Shown here one piece after another: positions 1-12,918 of a DNA stretch of 64,000 nt; the stretch's first letter is position 1, and each line of letters begins with the position of its first letter. This DNA comes from Pseudovirgaria hyperparasitica (Eukaryota): NCBI GenBank assembly GCA_010093815.1, contig ML996577.1, one strand, 5' to 3'. The position numbers were made by a program, and so were the translations under genes. The notes under the pieces were generated by a model. It made no database searches and was not told the DNA's origin. It was given only the letters and a program-made list of their open reading frames with translations.

Positions 1-581
1 TGCGCATTAGTCTGGATAAGGTCTTCCTCGGCAAAGGCAGGAGTATGCCCGTTGGCTGTGTTGCGCTTCTTCTTTTGAACTCCGTAAGCCTCTGCCATAT
101 CCTTGACTCTGACGTGTCCCAGAAGGAGTAGATTTGTCGCTATGCCGCCACTGGCTTCGCCATATCGGTCTTCGATGATCTGCACGATCTTGCCCGAACG
201 GACGAGACCATAAGCATGTTGCCAATTGGCTTCGTAGAAAGTTATGTCGTCATCTTCTGGTGTGTAATGGAGAATGAGGTGCTGTTGTATCAGTACAGCC
301 AGACCATGCTTCAGATGGCGGACCGTAAGGCTTGAATATTTCAGTAATCCTTGTAAAGACAGCCGTCCGTAATGTATAAGGATTGCGAATACGCGCTACA
401 AGTACATGTTAGCTGCAAATGCCCTTTACACGAAGGTAGTACACATAAAGCACGTACCGAGCATAGTTCACCATAGAGGTCGTCGACTAGCAGTGTGCAG
501 AGCTCCGAAAGAGGCTATTGCGCGTGTCAGTATAGGTGGCTTTCACAGAAATGGAAGTTGAGGCTGCAGTACCTGAGACAT
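1..581 (-). CDS. RPC82: RNA polymerase III subunit C82/Rpc3, 5' part (gene runs off the window start); not in ORF track
   Basis: Manual splicing gives MSQ | PLSELCTLLVDDLYGELCS | RVFAILIHYGRLSLQGLLKYSSLTVRHLKHGLAVLIQQHLILHYT...YEANWQHAYGLVRSGKI, matching my recollection of the fungal Rpc82 N-terminus; two GT-AG introns. Confidence 0.85.
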
Positions 582-882
582 AATGTTTCTGAAGACTGGA
601 AGAGCTCTCCAGAAGCTCTGATATGCTACCGGAACATTTAGGATTTGCTTGAGGCCGATACGGAGAAGAATGTGGTGTGTTGGCTGAATGAATTCATGTC
701 AAAGAAAAGCTGTGGATAGTGGGCGCGGGGCCAATAGAAGACGCGCAGTTCGTGTGACTAAGGACTTGCCAAGCGGTTTCAACGGCATCACTTCACGACG
801 TCTGATTCTTCTCTTCCGAACGGACCGCTATCAATTGCACCACCAACCCGCTCTCATCCCGTTTATCGGCGCCGAATCGAAG

Positions 883-2422
883 ATGCTATCGCGCCAATCT
901 CTCGGTCGGGGCGCTCAGCGCGTCATTAAGCGACAATGCTGTGTCCAGCTCGGACGTAGAGGTCTGGCTACGCCAGCTTCGGGATCATTTCAATATCAAA
1001 CCGGAGAGGCCAACGGCGTCAAATTTGCCAGCAGAGATCTCCCAGGCCCGACTGCGACGCTTGCCCTGGTCTCGAAGACTGGTACTAGATTTGAGCCAGC
1101 TCCCGGGTTGACCGAGGCACTCGAGAAGTTTGCATTTACCGTAAGGAAGTCTCATCACAATGTATCTCAAAAGAATGTATTCTGATAATCATTATTAATG
1201 TCAGGCGACCGAGCGAAGGTCTACTTTACGAATCGTTCGCGAATCTGAGCTTCTTGGCGGCGAGATCTCCGCAAACCACTCCCGCGAGAATCTCGTCCTC
1301 GGAGCCAAGTTTCTCAGAGATGACCTCCCTTACTACGTCGAGCTCCTTGCCGAAGTCGCGTACCGCACAAAATATGAGAGTACGTTACACTACAAGAACA
1401 GAATGATGGATATCTGACCAAGGATTGCAGACTACATTCTGAATGAGGAGGTCATCCCGACCATCCAGAAGGCCCATAAAAAGTTTCTCGCAAACGTTTC
1501 CGAACTGGCAATCAACTCTGCGCATGGAGTTGCTTTCCACCGTGGCCTCGGTGTCCCACTGTATCCAGCTTCGTCTACCCCAACATCGAAATATATCACC
1601 TTAGAAAACGTCCAAAACTTTGCAAACTCGGCATTCTCAAAACCCAACTTCGCTATAGTAGCAAATGGAGCTGATCAATCTGAACTGTCGAAATGGGTTG
1701 GCGAGTTCTTCTCAGACATTCCCGCTTCAGGCAAGGCTATCGAAAGCCAGCAGCAGAAATACTATGGTGGCGAGGAGCGTATTGCTCATGGTTCGGGCAG
1801 TGCTATGGTCATCGCATTTTCGGGATCAAGCTCCCCAACCGGAGGCTTCTACAAGCCCGAAATTCAAGTCCTCGCTTCAATCCTGGGTGGCAAGTCCAGC
1901 ATTAAATGGTCATCTGGTTTCTCGGTCCTCGGCAAACAATCTGCATCGAGCCCAGGCCTAAGCGTAGACACCAAGAGCCTTATATACTCGGATGCTGGTT
2001 TATTGGCCACTACACTTCAGGGACCTGCTGAATATATCGCCAAGGCTGCTGTTGATGTTGTTTCTACGCTTAAATCCATCGCCGGAGGGGACCTCAACAC
2101 CGAGCTTTTCAAGAAGGCCAAAGCTCATGCTAAGTTCCAGGAGCTTGAATTTGGCCAGAATGTCAAATCCGGCCTTGAGCTAACAGGATCTGGACTTATC
2201 CAGGGAGGCAAAGCCTACCAAATCGACGAGACCGCCAAGGCTATCGACGCTGTGACTGAATCACAAGTCAAGACCGTATGTTTCAACTATCTTTAGTCTA
2301 CAGCAGTGTGACTAACTTAATACCAGGCTGCCAAACAACTTTTAGAATCCAAGGCATCTGTGTCCAGTGTGGGAGACCTGCATCAACTGCCGTTCGCAGA
2401 GGAACTTGGCCTGACGGTGTAA
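883..2422 (+). CDS. QCR2: Ubiquinol-cytochrome c reductase core protein 2 (M16 family), mitochondrial; 3 introns
   Basis: Arg-rich presequence MLSRQSLGRGAQR; FASRDLPGPTATLALV, LRIVRESELLGG, AHGVAFHRGLG, LGGKSSIKWS, C-terminal VGDLHQLPFAEELGL. Confidence 0.95.
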
Positions 2423-2836
2423 ATAGAGAGAATCAAGAAAAGGCGCCGGCAAGATCTCATTATATGTACACTACTACCCTGTGCTTAGTCCCAAACTAGA
2501 GCTGTACTTGTGGTATCGAAAACAGCCAATTCTATATACAGCATCTTTTATGTCAATTCGACTGTTTGTAGATGCGCTTGATAGAGTGAAACTAGCGCAG
2601 AGGGTGTGAAATCGTTATGTTCTTAATGCTCAGACGTATTACTTACTAAACGTATATGCTCTGAGTACGTGATAGACAATCTTAGGAGTCTAAAGCGAAT
2701 GCCTCAGGGATGTATGAACATGGCACTTAATTTAAGAGTCACGTGATTGGAGCTCTTTGCCGACCTTAAACTCTCACTCCGGCAACCTCAATTCGCAACA
2801 TTCAACCTCAAACGAAACCATCCCACAACCATCGCA

Positions 2837-3161
2837 ATGGCCTTCGCGTGGAAAGCAGCTGGTCTTACGTACGATACACTCCCAATTGTCAACTGATTCT
2901 GACTGACGACGCGCAGCTACAACCGATACCTCGCAGTCGCGGCCCGGGTTGTTCGCCGTTCCTTGAAAGAAGATAAACGCATCGCGGCAGAGCGTCGCGG
3001 CGAGATGGAGCTACGATTCGCCAAATGGGAGGTAAGATACAGCATTTGAACTTACATGGGGGTGTCACTAACAGTCCATTTTCCAGAATGGAAAGCAAGG
3101 CGAGAACAGGTCCCTGGCAAAGGCCAACGAAGCCAGCGTGGCGGAACATTCATCCTCATAA
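2837..3161 (+). CDS. ATP15: Mitochondrial F1 ATP synthase epsilon subunit; 2 introns; not in ORF track
   Basis: Spliced product MAFAWKAAGLTYNRYLAVAARVVRRSLKEDKRIAAERRGEMELRFAKWENGKQG... Confidence 0.95.
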
Positions 3162-3390
3162 ATTACAAGGCATCCTGAAAAGAATTGAAATGCTATCTGC
3201 TGTACAAGGCGATTGGGAGGTCCACTGAGGAAGGGTGGAGACTTAGACACTGTGTATACTGTACCATATCGCGCAGTCGGCTCTGCCGCTGCTTAGACAC
3301 CCGAATGTGCTACGCCTTCCAAGAGTAACTTCCAGTGACACACCAAACAACATATAATTCTCCCACATGTGAAAATAACGACTGCTTGAT

Positions 3391-6125
3391 ATGTCCGACC
3401 CTGACCCTGTCGTCGACGATGTCGTAGAAGGTCTGCCCTCCTTGCTGTGCCACTCTGGTGCGGGACAGAGCTCTAAAATTTCAAATAGCTACCTCCGCAT
3501 TCCGACTCGATACGCCTGCGCAAAGCGATCGCGACGATGCAAGTCCGACCACAGGTCAAAGTAATAAGTGTCTGTCTCAACCGAACAATAGAGCTCATAA
3601 TTTTCAGGTAGCTCGATCAGAGACGATCCCACTCAAGCCCATGCAGCGCCGGGGGTCCAATCACCCCAAAGCGTAGCTCATACGCAGCCCATTGAAGTGA
3701 ACGGCAAAACTCGAGTCTGGGACATTACTTCCAAATTCTCGGAGGCATCCTCGGGTAAGCCTAACATGTTCACTCCTTAAGCGCACACGCTCGTTGCTTG
3801 GACAGGACGAAATATCAGAATGAAATCCACCGCCGAATACGCACTTACGCAACTTTGCTGATATATTATTCCTTAGCTCTAAGGCCTGGGCAACTTATCA
3901 AAGATGAGGACTTTACGCTATTTGAGTCTGTTGGGGCCATAGAGGTATCCCCTTCATGCTTGTGAATCTACCAAGGTCATTCGCTAAACCTTCGTAGATT
4001 ATGGACCCGAAAATGGATAGTGGATTCTTAAAACCTGGAGAGACTTTAGACGACAATTATGATGTCTCAAGAGCCTTGTTACCTGAAGAAGTGGTCGGCA
4101 TCATGGATCAGCTATTGTGCTACGAGGTCGCCTGGCATCATGGGTATCCTTTGTCACAGACCCTCTTCACGTCGATATATATCGACAGATTATTATGGCC
4201 TCCATCAGACTGTCTCTCCGACGCTCAATTCTACCGAGGAATTCGCCCAATGGGCCTTCATCCCCTCCTAGACGTACTCAGATCGTATTGCATTGCCCTT
4301 ATCAAATGTTGTGATTTGACAATAGAGAAAGTCACTTCTAGAGACTACTACGAGGAAGAAGACTTTAGTACACATACTTATAACCGAAGTCTACTCCACA
4401 CAGTACCCCACGACAAGGTCTTGGAGTTACTCCGAAGTTCGATTGAATGGTTGTCCAACAGCCGGAACAGGAGGTCAGTACATGAGAGTCGATCAAAAGT
4501 ATAATATCCCAAACACTCATTAGACCTAGTGAAGTACATCGAACAAGTAGAGAGCTTGAGGAGGCACTCATCAATCGACTGACATTCCGAGAGAGAATGC
4601 TCTTGGCTGTCGCGCCTGAACAGGAGATTCTAGATCTCGCAGCAGTATGGCCTGCTGTCTCTGCGGCTTTACCACCATTGGAAGCAACGCATTCATTAGG
4701 TCGTCCTGTCCCCGACTCGTTCAGTGAGAAGATCCAGCGACGGCTCGCAAGTACCGTGCCTCCACGACCAACTGTCGATTTCACCTTCGCTGCTGCTTAT
4801 ACGAAGCTTGTCCAGCTCTGCAAAGACTGCGAGGATGCACTACGGGTCCTAGAGATTACGACTGAAAGTCCACAGGAGCACTTGTCTTTCATCTGGATGT
4901 TTAGCTCTCGCAAACCTGCCCCCCTGGCGTATGCGCGCTCATGTCTTTCAAGCGTATTCTTGGCGCGGACGACTGAAGGTTTCGAGCAACTCATACAAAC
5001 CGATCTGTCCGAGTTTGTTTTTCCTGCTGACCCCGTCCTCGATCCAGTAAACTTCACATTGGAGGCTGCGCAAAGCAGTTTTGCCCCGCAGGATAAGCGC
5101 CTAGCAATGGCTACTATAATCAATGAATTTACAGGTAGAGCAGCACCGCAGTACTTTGACATGTGGAACAGCTTGTGTCAAAACCGATGCCGAACGCGAA
5201 GAATGATTTGCAATAACATCCCCTTCATCGACGACTTGCAGTTCGCTACTGAACAGTTGGACGACGAGTTGCATGACCTCACACATACCATGCGGTATCC
5301 CCTTAGTACCTGGGTGTATCACATGAAGCTCCGTATGGTCGAGTGGGTTGTCCAACTCGGGTTCGAGCAGGAGGTATACCTACCAGACGAACTTGCTGGA
5401 ATGTATTGGTGGCTGTCCCAGGTCGCAAGTCTGCGCGCATCAGTGATTGAGCAAGTATACAATCATCTTTCGCGTCGACACGAGATCTTGAGTAATGGTG
5501 GAGAGATTGAGAAAGCAGAGACGATTCGAACTACGCAGGCCTTTGTAAAGGCACTGATGTACGAGGCAACTGGGACGGGAGCTCTCGCCGACGCGATGTA
5601 TGCACTGTACATGCGCCTACATTATCTTCAGCTCGTTCCTATACTGTCAAGACCGTACAGCGAGTCATCACTGCGTTATGAGCTTCGTATGAAGCCTTTC
5701 TTACGCCTTAATCCCCCACAGATACCAACATTCGAAGCCTTTGAGGAAGCGACACGGATGCCATCAGGGTCTCAGGACGATGTCTTTGCCAAATATGATG
5801 TTGAAGGCTCTGTCAAAGAGGCGAAAGAGGCCTGGGCAGCCTTGAAAAGATTGGGGGCCAGAGCTGCAAAGAGCGAGGTCGTCCAAGCTGCATGGGAAAA
5901 GGTGAACACACTCGATGCAAGAAACGAAAACTGCTAATCGGACCACAGAACCTAGCAAGCACGATCCAATCTTGCATAGCCTGCGGAATCGCAGCCTCGA
6001 CAATTAGCAATATACCAAAGGACGCGGGCACAGGGAGAGTTAAGGAGATGTTTCAGGTTGAGATCCCCGGAGAGGGAAAGCGGTATCACGACTGGTGGGT
6101 CGTGCCAAAGATCAAGCGGAATTAA
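3391..6125 (+). CDS. MAK10: NatC N-terminal acetyltransferase auxiliary subunit Mak10/Naa35; about 6 introns, 5' exons tentative
   Basis: GQLIKDEDFTLFESVGAIE-IMDPKMDSG, WHHGYPLSQTLFTSIY, YEEEDF, QRRLASTVPPRP, CQNRCRTRR, LGFEQEVYLPDELAGMYW, RYELRMKPF, C-terminal YHDWWVVPK. Confidence 0.9.
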
Positions 6126-6429
6126 ATAATGCATATTCTTTCTTTAAAGATTCTAGTCATGACACTGGGGTCACATGCGAAGAGTATATCCTCATACCAC
6201 GAAACTCGTCATCATTCGTTTCATCTCTGTCACCCATATCCTAGCTGCAGTACTCCAAGTAGGGCATGGCTTCCTCTAAGGTTATGAGGGTCGATAGCTG
6301 CTTTATCGCATCGCCATATAGCTTTATCGCGAGCTGCGGTTCTTAGATCCTTTAGGACGTCACATATGGATTATGGACTGAGGTCATAACTTGGATATGA
6401 TCATCGATCATCGTGCGGCGCAAGCATCT

Positions 6430-6833
6430 TCAGCCCTTGAACTTCCTCAGCGAGTTCTGTACATTATCAGTCCCATGTCTCTGTGCCCAAGTCTCCCCTT
6501 CATAATCTCACCTCTCTAACTTTTCGAACCGAACGAGCCGAGATTCCCCGTTCCCCAGAGAGCCGTGCCTTGATTGTAGCCTCGCGCATGAGACTATTAG
6601 TGATGCGCATCAGTATACGTTCAGTGTGTCGACTCGTGTGTACGTCGGTACTTTACTAACTCTTGAATGAACAGCGTGTAGTCCAGGAATATCTGTGACA
6701 GGTTAGAAGGGTATGTGTGGGGTACGATAGAGTTGCGGACCATAATATCGACATTCTTGCTCAGATTGCGGTTGCTGTGCGCTTTCACGATGCGTTTGAC
6801 TGTAGAGCGCGGGTACAGTTGTTGAGGCGCCAT
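6430..6833 (-). CDS. CENP-W/Wip1-like small histone-fold kinetochore protein; 3 introns
   Basis: Spliced MAPQQLYPRSTVKRIVKAHSNRNLSKNVDIM-IFLDYTLFIQ..LMREATIKARLSGERGISARSVRKVRE-NSLRKFKG. Confidence 0.8.
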
Positions 6834-7053
6834 GATTATCTGGTACGCGTGTATGTAGGTGAGGCGGGATGTTTTGATGTTGACGTTCGAGGGTCAACAC
6901 GACCAATGCTCGATGTCACGTGGGCATTACCATCTCACTGTAATCAGGAAAATGCGCTGTAATTCTGCTGCCTCGTTCGAATACGATGTGGCTCGTTTCT
7001 GATTACAGTGCTATTGCAGAAGAGTACACATTCAATCTACGGCTTCACAATTT

Positions 7054-7938
7054 TCATGAGTCGACCTCCATTGACTCTCCACCCTCTGCAGTGGTCTCCT
7101 CCTTATTCTCGAAAGTAGCATCCAGCCAGCCAGTCAACTCATGGCCCTCATAAAGCACGAACTCCTCGCTCACGCCACTAACACCGACCGATGTGTTATC
7201 CACTGTAAGCTCCTTGTCCTGGCTCAGGCTTTCCTTCAATGCTCTAAGCGCATGCTTGACCAAATCCTCACGGCTGCTACCAGCAAACTCGTCCAAGTTC
7301 CTCTCGAGGTAGGTCCTTGCCATCTGGCTACGTGCTCCGATCCCACATGCTAGCATCTCCTGTGTCACACCGCTCGGCTGGAACTCGAACAGATGTGGGC
7401 CCGTAGCATCGACACCAGCTATTAGGAGACCGACTCCGTATGGTCGCTTGCCGTACGATTGGGTATTACTTTGTGCACGGTCGCCAATGCGGTTGGTAAT
7501 CTCAGCTAAGCCAATTGGGCGGTCATATGTGAGGCGGGACGCGAGTGATTGTTGCTTCATGAAGTTGGAGAGGACGCGAGCATCTGATGCGAGACCGGCC
7601 AAAGCGACACCGTAGTGGGTGTCAATAGGGATAATCTTCTTTTGGTAGGAGGACAGCTCTTCTGCATTTCGCTGCGAAGAAGAGGTAAGCTTTTGGTCAT
7701 GGCAAAAGAGGATTGTGAATCATATTTGTACCTTCAGAGCCGCGAGAACTGCATGCGTCTTGCTGACGATCCCGACAACGACTGAGCCTTGCTTGACGGC
7801 TTCCTGTGCGTACTCTACTTGAAATATACGGCCTTGCGGCGAGCTGTATGATTGTTAGTAGCTTGTAGAGGACATATTAGGACCTCAAGATAGAGCTCAC
7901 AATGTCACGGAATCGTTATCGTAGTTGTTTCTGAACAT
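7054..7938 (-). CDS. PRE5: 20S proteasome subunit alpha-6; 2 introns
   Basis: [32 protein letters not shown]...[13 protein letters not shown]...[13 protein letters not shown]...RPYGVGLL...[13 protein letters not shown]. Confidence 0.96.
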
Positions 7939-8493
7939 CTTGAAGTATGACTAAGTTCAGAAGCAGAGGAGGTTACTTCACAGAGCTTTGGGAAATTCAG
8001 CCGGACAGAAAGGTCACAAGTGTCTCTTTGCTAATCGTGCTGGGTGCAGAATGGCGAGTTGTAGTGTTGCGATGAGGATGAGTGTCAGAGCTGGAACTGG
8101 AAGGGCCTGATCGGGATATCTTGTGACGGAGTGCGACGAAGTTTAAGGTGTCGAGGGGGATCGAACAGATGGAGCGTTGTAGTATTCTCATCGAGGTCGT
8201 AAGAAGTCGTAAACGCGGCCGCTGCAACCTGATGAAGCTCCGGCAGGGATCATTTAAGCCTCAGGCGCCAATAACGAACCGTAAGTTAAGCTCCTCATGG
8301 ATGTCACAAGTTTAGTACAAGCATAAGACCAGCCACGCGGAGTTTCAATACACCATTCTCGAGAACCAGAGCCTCTAAATATCACCCTGACATTTGAACG
8401 CATATTGGCGCTTGATTAGTATCATATTGCTCGCGGGTACCCAGATCACGTCTCTTCGCATCCTCGATCGACCAACATCGAAGCGCCACCACG

Positions 8494-8993
8494 ATGGCCG
8501 GTCTCAAAACCATCATCGCATTATCATTTGTATGTTTGTCACTGCTCGAGGCTTGGTGGGGTAAATCAGCTCTGACCATCGTATAGGTTCTTGCGATCGG
8601 CTTCCTCTTGGTCATATTGTCGTCGGCGCTATGGAAGAAGTACTATACTCTACTTGTCGTCGCAACCTACGTCGTAGCGCCTATACCGAACTGGCTTTGC
8701 GGCAGAGCGGCAAATAATGATGACTTTATGGAAAGCTCTGGGAACGGAATCGTAGACTTTGGAAGGTTCTTGACTGGCTTCTTGGTAGTCATGGGCGTCG
8801 GTATGTTGGATCCCCAAAGACGTCCTCTGCGAGACCTCCGCCACTAATAAATGCTGTAGCCTTGCCTGCTGTACTTGCCCACTGTCATATCATCGCCAAC
8901 CTTGCTATGGTCATGTCCATTATCGGGGGGTTCCTCATCTACGGCACCATAATCTCCTTTACAATGTTCTTTCAGGAGGATGAAGAGTTTTGA
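8494..8993 (+). CDS. VPS55: Vacuolar protein sorting 55 (OB-RGRP/Vps55 family, four TM); 2 introns
   Basis: MAGLKTIIALSF-VLAIGFLLVILSSALW..YYTLLVVATYVVAPIPNWLC...DFGRFLTGFLVVMGV-ALPAVLAHCHII...FFQEDEEF. Confidence 0.93.
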
Positions 8994-9349
8994 AGTACAT
9001 CAGATGAAGGGTGTGCCGATGGTTTGCGCAGGAATTTCACGACGCTTTGGAGCACAGCAGGGTCTCATAATATGGAATGTATGATCTAGCAACTATAATT
9101 CGTTCCGAAACGGCGTATAGAGGCATGGAGCAGTTCATCATCACGAGTACCGGATCACAACAGCACTAGACACGCACTACTTTTGGCTTCGTCGGGAGAC
9201 CTAGTAACAGAAGTCTGGCGAAAGGCAACAGCTTGATTGATATGAATACGTAGTGTACAAATCTGATCCTTACGCCGCAAATTTGACGTAGACTCATTAT
9301 GCTCAGAGGCATCGCTAATTCGAGATATATGCTACTACAACTACCGTCT

Positions 9350-10025
9350 TCATAGCGCAAGATTGTATGTGTATTCATCCTCCATGTTCTGCACAATCCA
9401 TAGGACGACGGAACTACACTCAGTGTTAGCGTCTCGTTTGAGATCTCCTTCTCATAAAGGCATACCTGAGCATAATGAGGCCGTTTGCGATGACGTTGGC
9501 AATACCGAACCAAAGGGTCTGCAAAGGGTATTCGTGTATGACATACTTCAAAACCATGACACTCTGTGCAGCAGTCAATATTGATCTAGAGGGTGTGATT
9601 CACGGTGACATACAACTGATCCAGCCAATCCACCAGCCATCAGCGCAAACCCGAAGAACAGGACGGCCTTGGCTTTCCAAGCAACCCCATTTCCAGAATA
9701 GCTGAAACTGTCTGCACTCAGTCTGGTCTTGTCGATTGAGTTAATCACCAGCATGCCGAGGGCAGAGCAAATGCCAGGTATCCAGTCGATGAACGTGATG
9801 TGGATTTCGGAACCATTGCGTTTAGATTTGGAGAAGGCGCAGGCGTCGATAAAGAAGTAAAAGCCGAGAGAGAACTAGATAGCGCCTTGTTAGCAAGACA
9901 GAAGATACATCTCGGATGCTACGTCAAGTTACCAGAGCTCCGGCGATGTAGACGCCTGCCGTTCGACTATTGGCGTTGTTGAGCCACTGAGGCTTTGGGA
10001 ATCGGAAGAGCCTATGCTCCGACAT
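9350..10025 (-). CDS. VPS68: Vacuolar protein sorting 68 (UPF0220/TMEM50 family); 3 introns; not in ORF track
   Basis: Manual splicing gives an open frame MSEHRLFRFPKPQWLNNANSRTAGVYIAGAL-FSLGFYFFIDACAFS..HITFIDWIPGICSALGMLVINSIDKTRLSADSFSYSGNGVAWKAK..LFFGFALMAGGLAGSV-SVMVLKYV..GIANVIANGLIMLS-SVVLWIVQNMEDEYTYNLAL. Confidence 0.92.
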
Positions 10026-10286
10026 ATCTACAATAGTAACACGTAGCGGACTGTGGTATTTGAGTGGTGCTTATCTTCTCGCGATTCGTAGTGATGTCGC
10101 TGGTGTTCTGGCTGGAGGCTTGAATGCTGGCGCGGAGGTGGAAGCAGGCGCAGACTGAAGCTCCACTAGTAGACTTTAGAAGCTAGGCTCGATTTGTACT
10201 AGGTACACAATTAAATATCCCCCGGTATTCTGCACCATCCTCTTCTTCCTACCGCAAAACGAACGAAACTCGAGCGCATTCTTGAC

Positions 10287-10922
10287 ATGGCGCCTACAAA
10301 ACCACAATCCAGCAAGAGCAGAAAGCCACCAAGCTCGGGTCCGAAAGGCAAGGTTGGCAAGTCGAAACCTAAAGGTCCTCCGCCAAAACCGCAGCAAGTC
10401 AAGACGAAGCGACCGACATCGTCTGCAAAGCCAAAGCGCAAGGTATACACAGAAAAGGAACTCGATATTCCAAAACTGAATATGATCACTCCGGCTGGTG
10501 TGCAGAAGCCCAAGGGAAAAAAGAAAGGCAAAATTTTCGTGGATGACCAGGTACGGTTCCTATCTCAAGTTGCCCTAACGAGGTCTGATCATGATCGTAG
10601 GAGAGCATGATGACCATTCTTGCCATAGTAAATGCAGAGAAAGAAGGGCAAATCGAGTCAAAGATGATGAAGGCGAGACAGATGGAGGAGATTCGTGAAG
10701 CCAGACGTCAAGAGGCGGAAGCACGACAACAGCATAAACGGGAAAAACTTGTAAGTGTTGTGGGCCCTGTATTATTGAGTTCCTGCTGACGCTTTTGTTT
10801 AGGAGGAAACCAAGGATTTAATTCGAAAAAGTCGCAAGCGAAAGTCGGACACCACCTCCACGGATGCTGAGAAAGTCGCAAAGACGGAGAAGCCCGGCAA
10901 GAAGCGTGTCTCTTTTGGTTGA
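10287..10922 (+). CDS. LOC1: 60S ribosomal subunit assembly/export protein Loc1; 2 introns
   Basis: Lys-rich; [71 protein letters not shown]-terminal KKRVSFG. Confidence 0.88.
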
Positions 10923-10982
10923 TTTTATATCTATCCAAGCTCTATCGATCTATATATTTGCACCACTGCACTCTCGAGAGGA

Positions 10983-12508
10983 CTACTGGCCAGCAGAAAC
11001 ATGTAGGCGCCGCCTCATGGGGTCAAATGCGCTACCCATATTCGAGTGTTCAGCAGTAGAGGAAAGGGCGCCGACAGCCTTGAGATCTGTCTCAAATGCC
11101 ATTCTATTGAGAAATGCGGCGACCTAGAAGGCATCAGTGGATATCTTGTTGCATGGGCTATGTTACCTACAGGCTTGGCGAGCCAGCGCTGGCCTCCAGT
11201 CTCGAACCAACTCAGATGGCCCCCCAGGGACGTTGTCAGAAGAACAGTAAAAGGGTTTTGTTTGAATTCACCGTATGGAATGGCATCGTTGGCGGCGATC
11301 TAGAGATCAAATCAGCAAAACGCCAGCAGACACCGATTCAACAACACAAACCGGGTCATCTTCCGCGTTGATGGCCAGAAAAGGGATCCTGACGGACAAA
11401 AGTGAATCGCAGGACGAAGCGTCACGGTAGTACGCTCTCTCGGTAGGATAGCCCCATGTGGGACATTGTATCACACTAGACAATTACATAAGAAAAGATC
11501 CATCCAGGGTGGTTTGTACGAACCGGTCGAACTCGTGTAGGTATTTTGTCTTTCGGAGCGCGTCAAGGTTAATCGCCGTGTACTTTGACACCTCTTCGGC
11601 ATGACTAGACTTGTCAGTGCGAGATCACGCATTCTTTGGACATGGATCTCACCGCTCGATTAATGCTTTCATGTTAGTTCCCATAGTCTTGGAGTATACC
11701 TCCATCCCGACCCACGATCTCTGCAGAGCGACACTGCTGGCGTCGAGATCCCATGGGTTTGAACAGACTACGGCAGCTTTCAATGCACAGTTCGCGCCCT
11801 CCTCACCGATGTACTAGGCAAAGTCAGCTTGTGCGATGTTGTAAGCCATATCTAGAGATACCCTACATTAGTGATAATATTGGCGCCAAGTGAGAAGCCT
11901 ATGCCAAACAGTGGGCGGTTAGGAAAGGTTTTCCTCAGCCACTTGACTACTTGACGAACGTCCCATGTTGCACGGGCGTTATATAGAACTCCGGATGTGA
12001 CCTTTGACATGGCACACCCTCTAGAGTTTACGACGCACGCCTCCCATTCCTGATTCTCGACCAGGGGTGCTAGACACTGTCGAAGATAGATCTCATATGA
12101 ACCGCCGCTGAGACCATGCAACGCTATTAGCATCGGCTTCGAATTGCTCGAGCCAATGTTGTCAAACTCTTTTTCCGTGAAATATGTCGTTCGTGCGGGC
12201 AGAGTGGTATCCACCTCGCCACGCTCATGAACGACAAAATCAACAGTGAAGCTGCCGATGAATTCTGTGCCTTCTGACTGGAATATCTTTCGTTTGTAGT
12301 GCATTTGAGGTCCCTCAGCCTTGACTGCTGTCCACATGGTTTGAAGATGTCCATTGAAAAGGAGCGGGTTCAGCCGGCATGGCGGGGTCGTATTCTTGCA
12401 AAAGTCATCCAGACCTTCTTGCGTTCCATCCTGCAATGGTATCTTAATTGCAGCCGGCGAATGATGGAACGAGTTTGTGGCATAGCCTAACCATGATGAT
12501 AGACCCAT
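10983..12508 (-). CDS. Alpha/beta hydrolase, Eht1/Eeb1/ABHD1-3 (YheT)-like acyltransferase/esterase; several introns
   Basis: LFNGHLQTMWT, HGLSGGSYEIY, VVNSRGC, LYNARATWDVR, nucleophile GFSLGAN, later GGHLSWFE; stop read after ...RRLHVSAGQ. Confidence 0.88.
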
Positions 12509-12918
12509 GACTGTGATCGCCCGATGGTGATAGAATGGAGGCTCTGCAAATTGGCGAAATATCTACACACATATATAAAACGTGTTCACTTTGCGGACTT
12601 TATATGATAATCAGGTCAATGCACAGCTGTACTTGCCTCGGCCGGCGCGAATGTGTAACAATCCCCGATGCGGCGTGGGATTCCGTCCGTCCATGCATCT
12701 GGCATCCATGTTCGCGCACGCAACACGTGCTGACGTGATGGACGCGCTAGTGGTTCTGCCTAAGGTTTCACGGTCGCAACGACGCAACCACAGCCAAGTG
12801 CATCCCCATACCACACCACGCCCTGGCTTCCGACTCTCCATGGTGCCGTAGGGAGAAGCTTCGTGTTGACACCAGTCTCTCTGACGATGTTTGCCGCCTG
12901 TAGATCACGGAAATAGTG

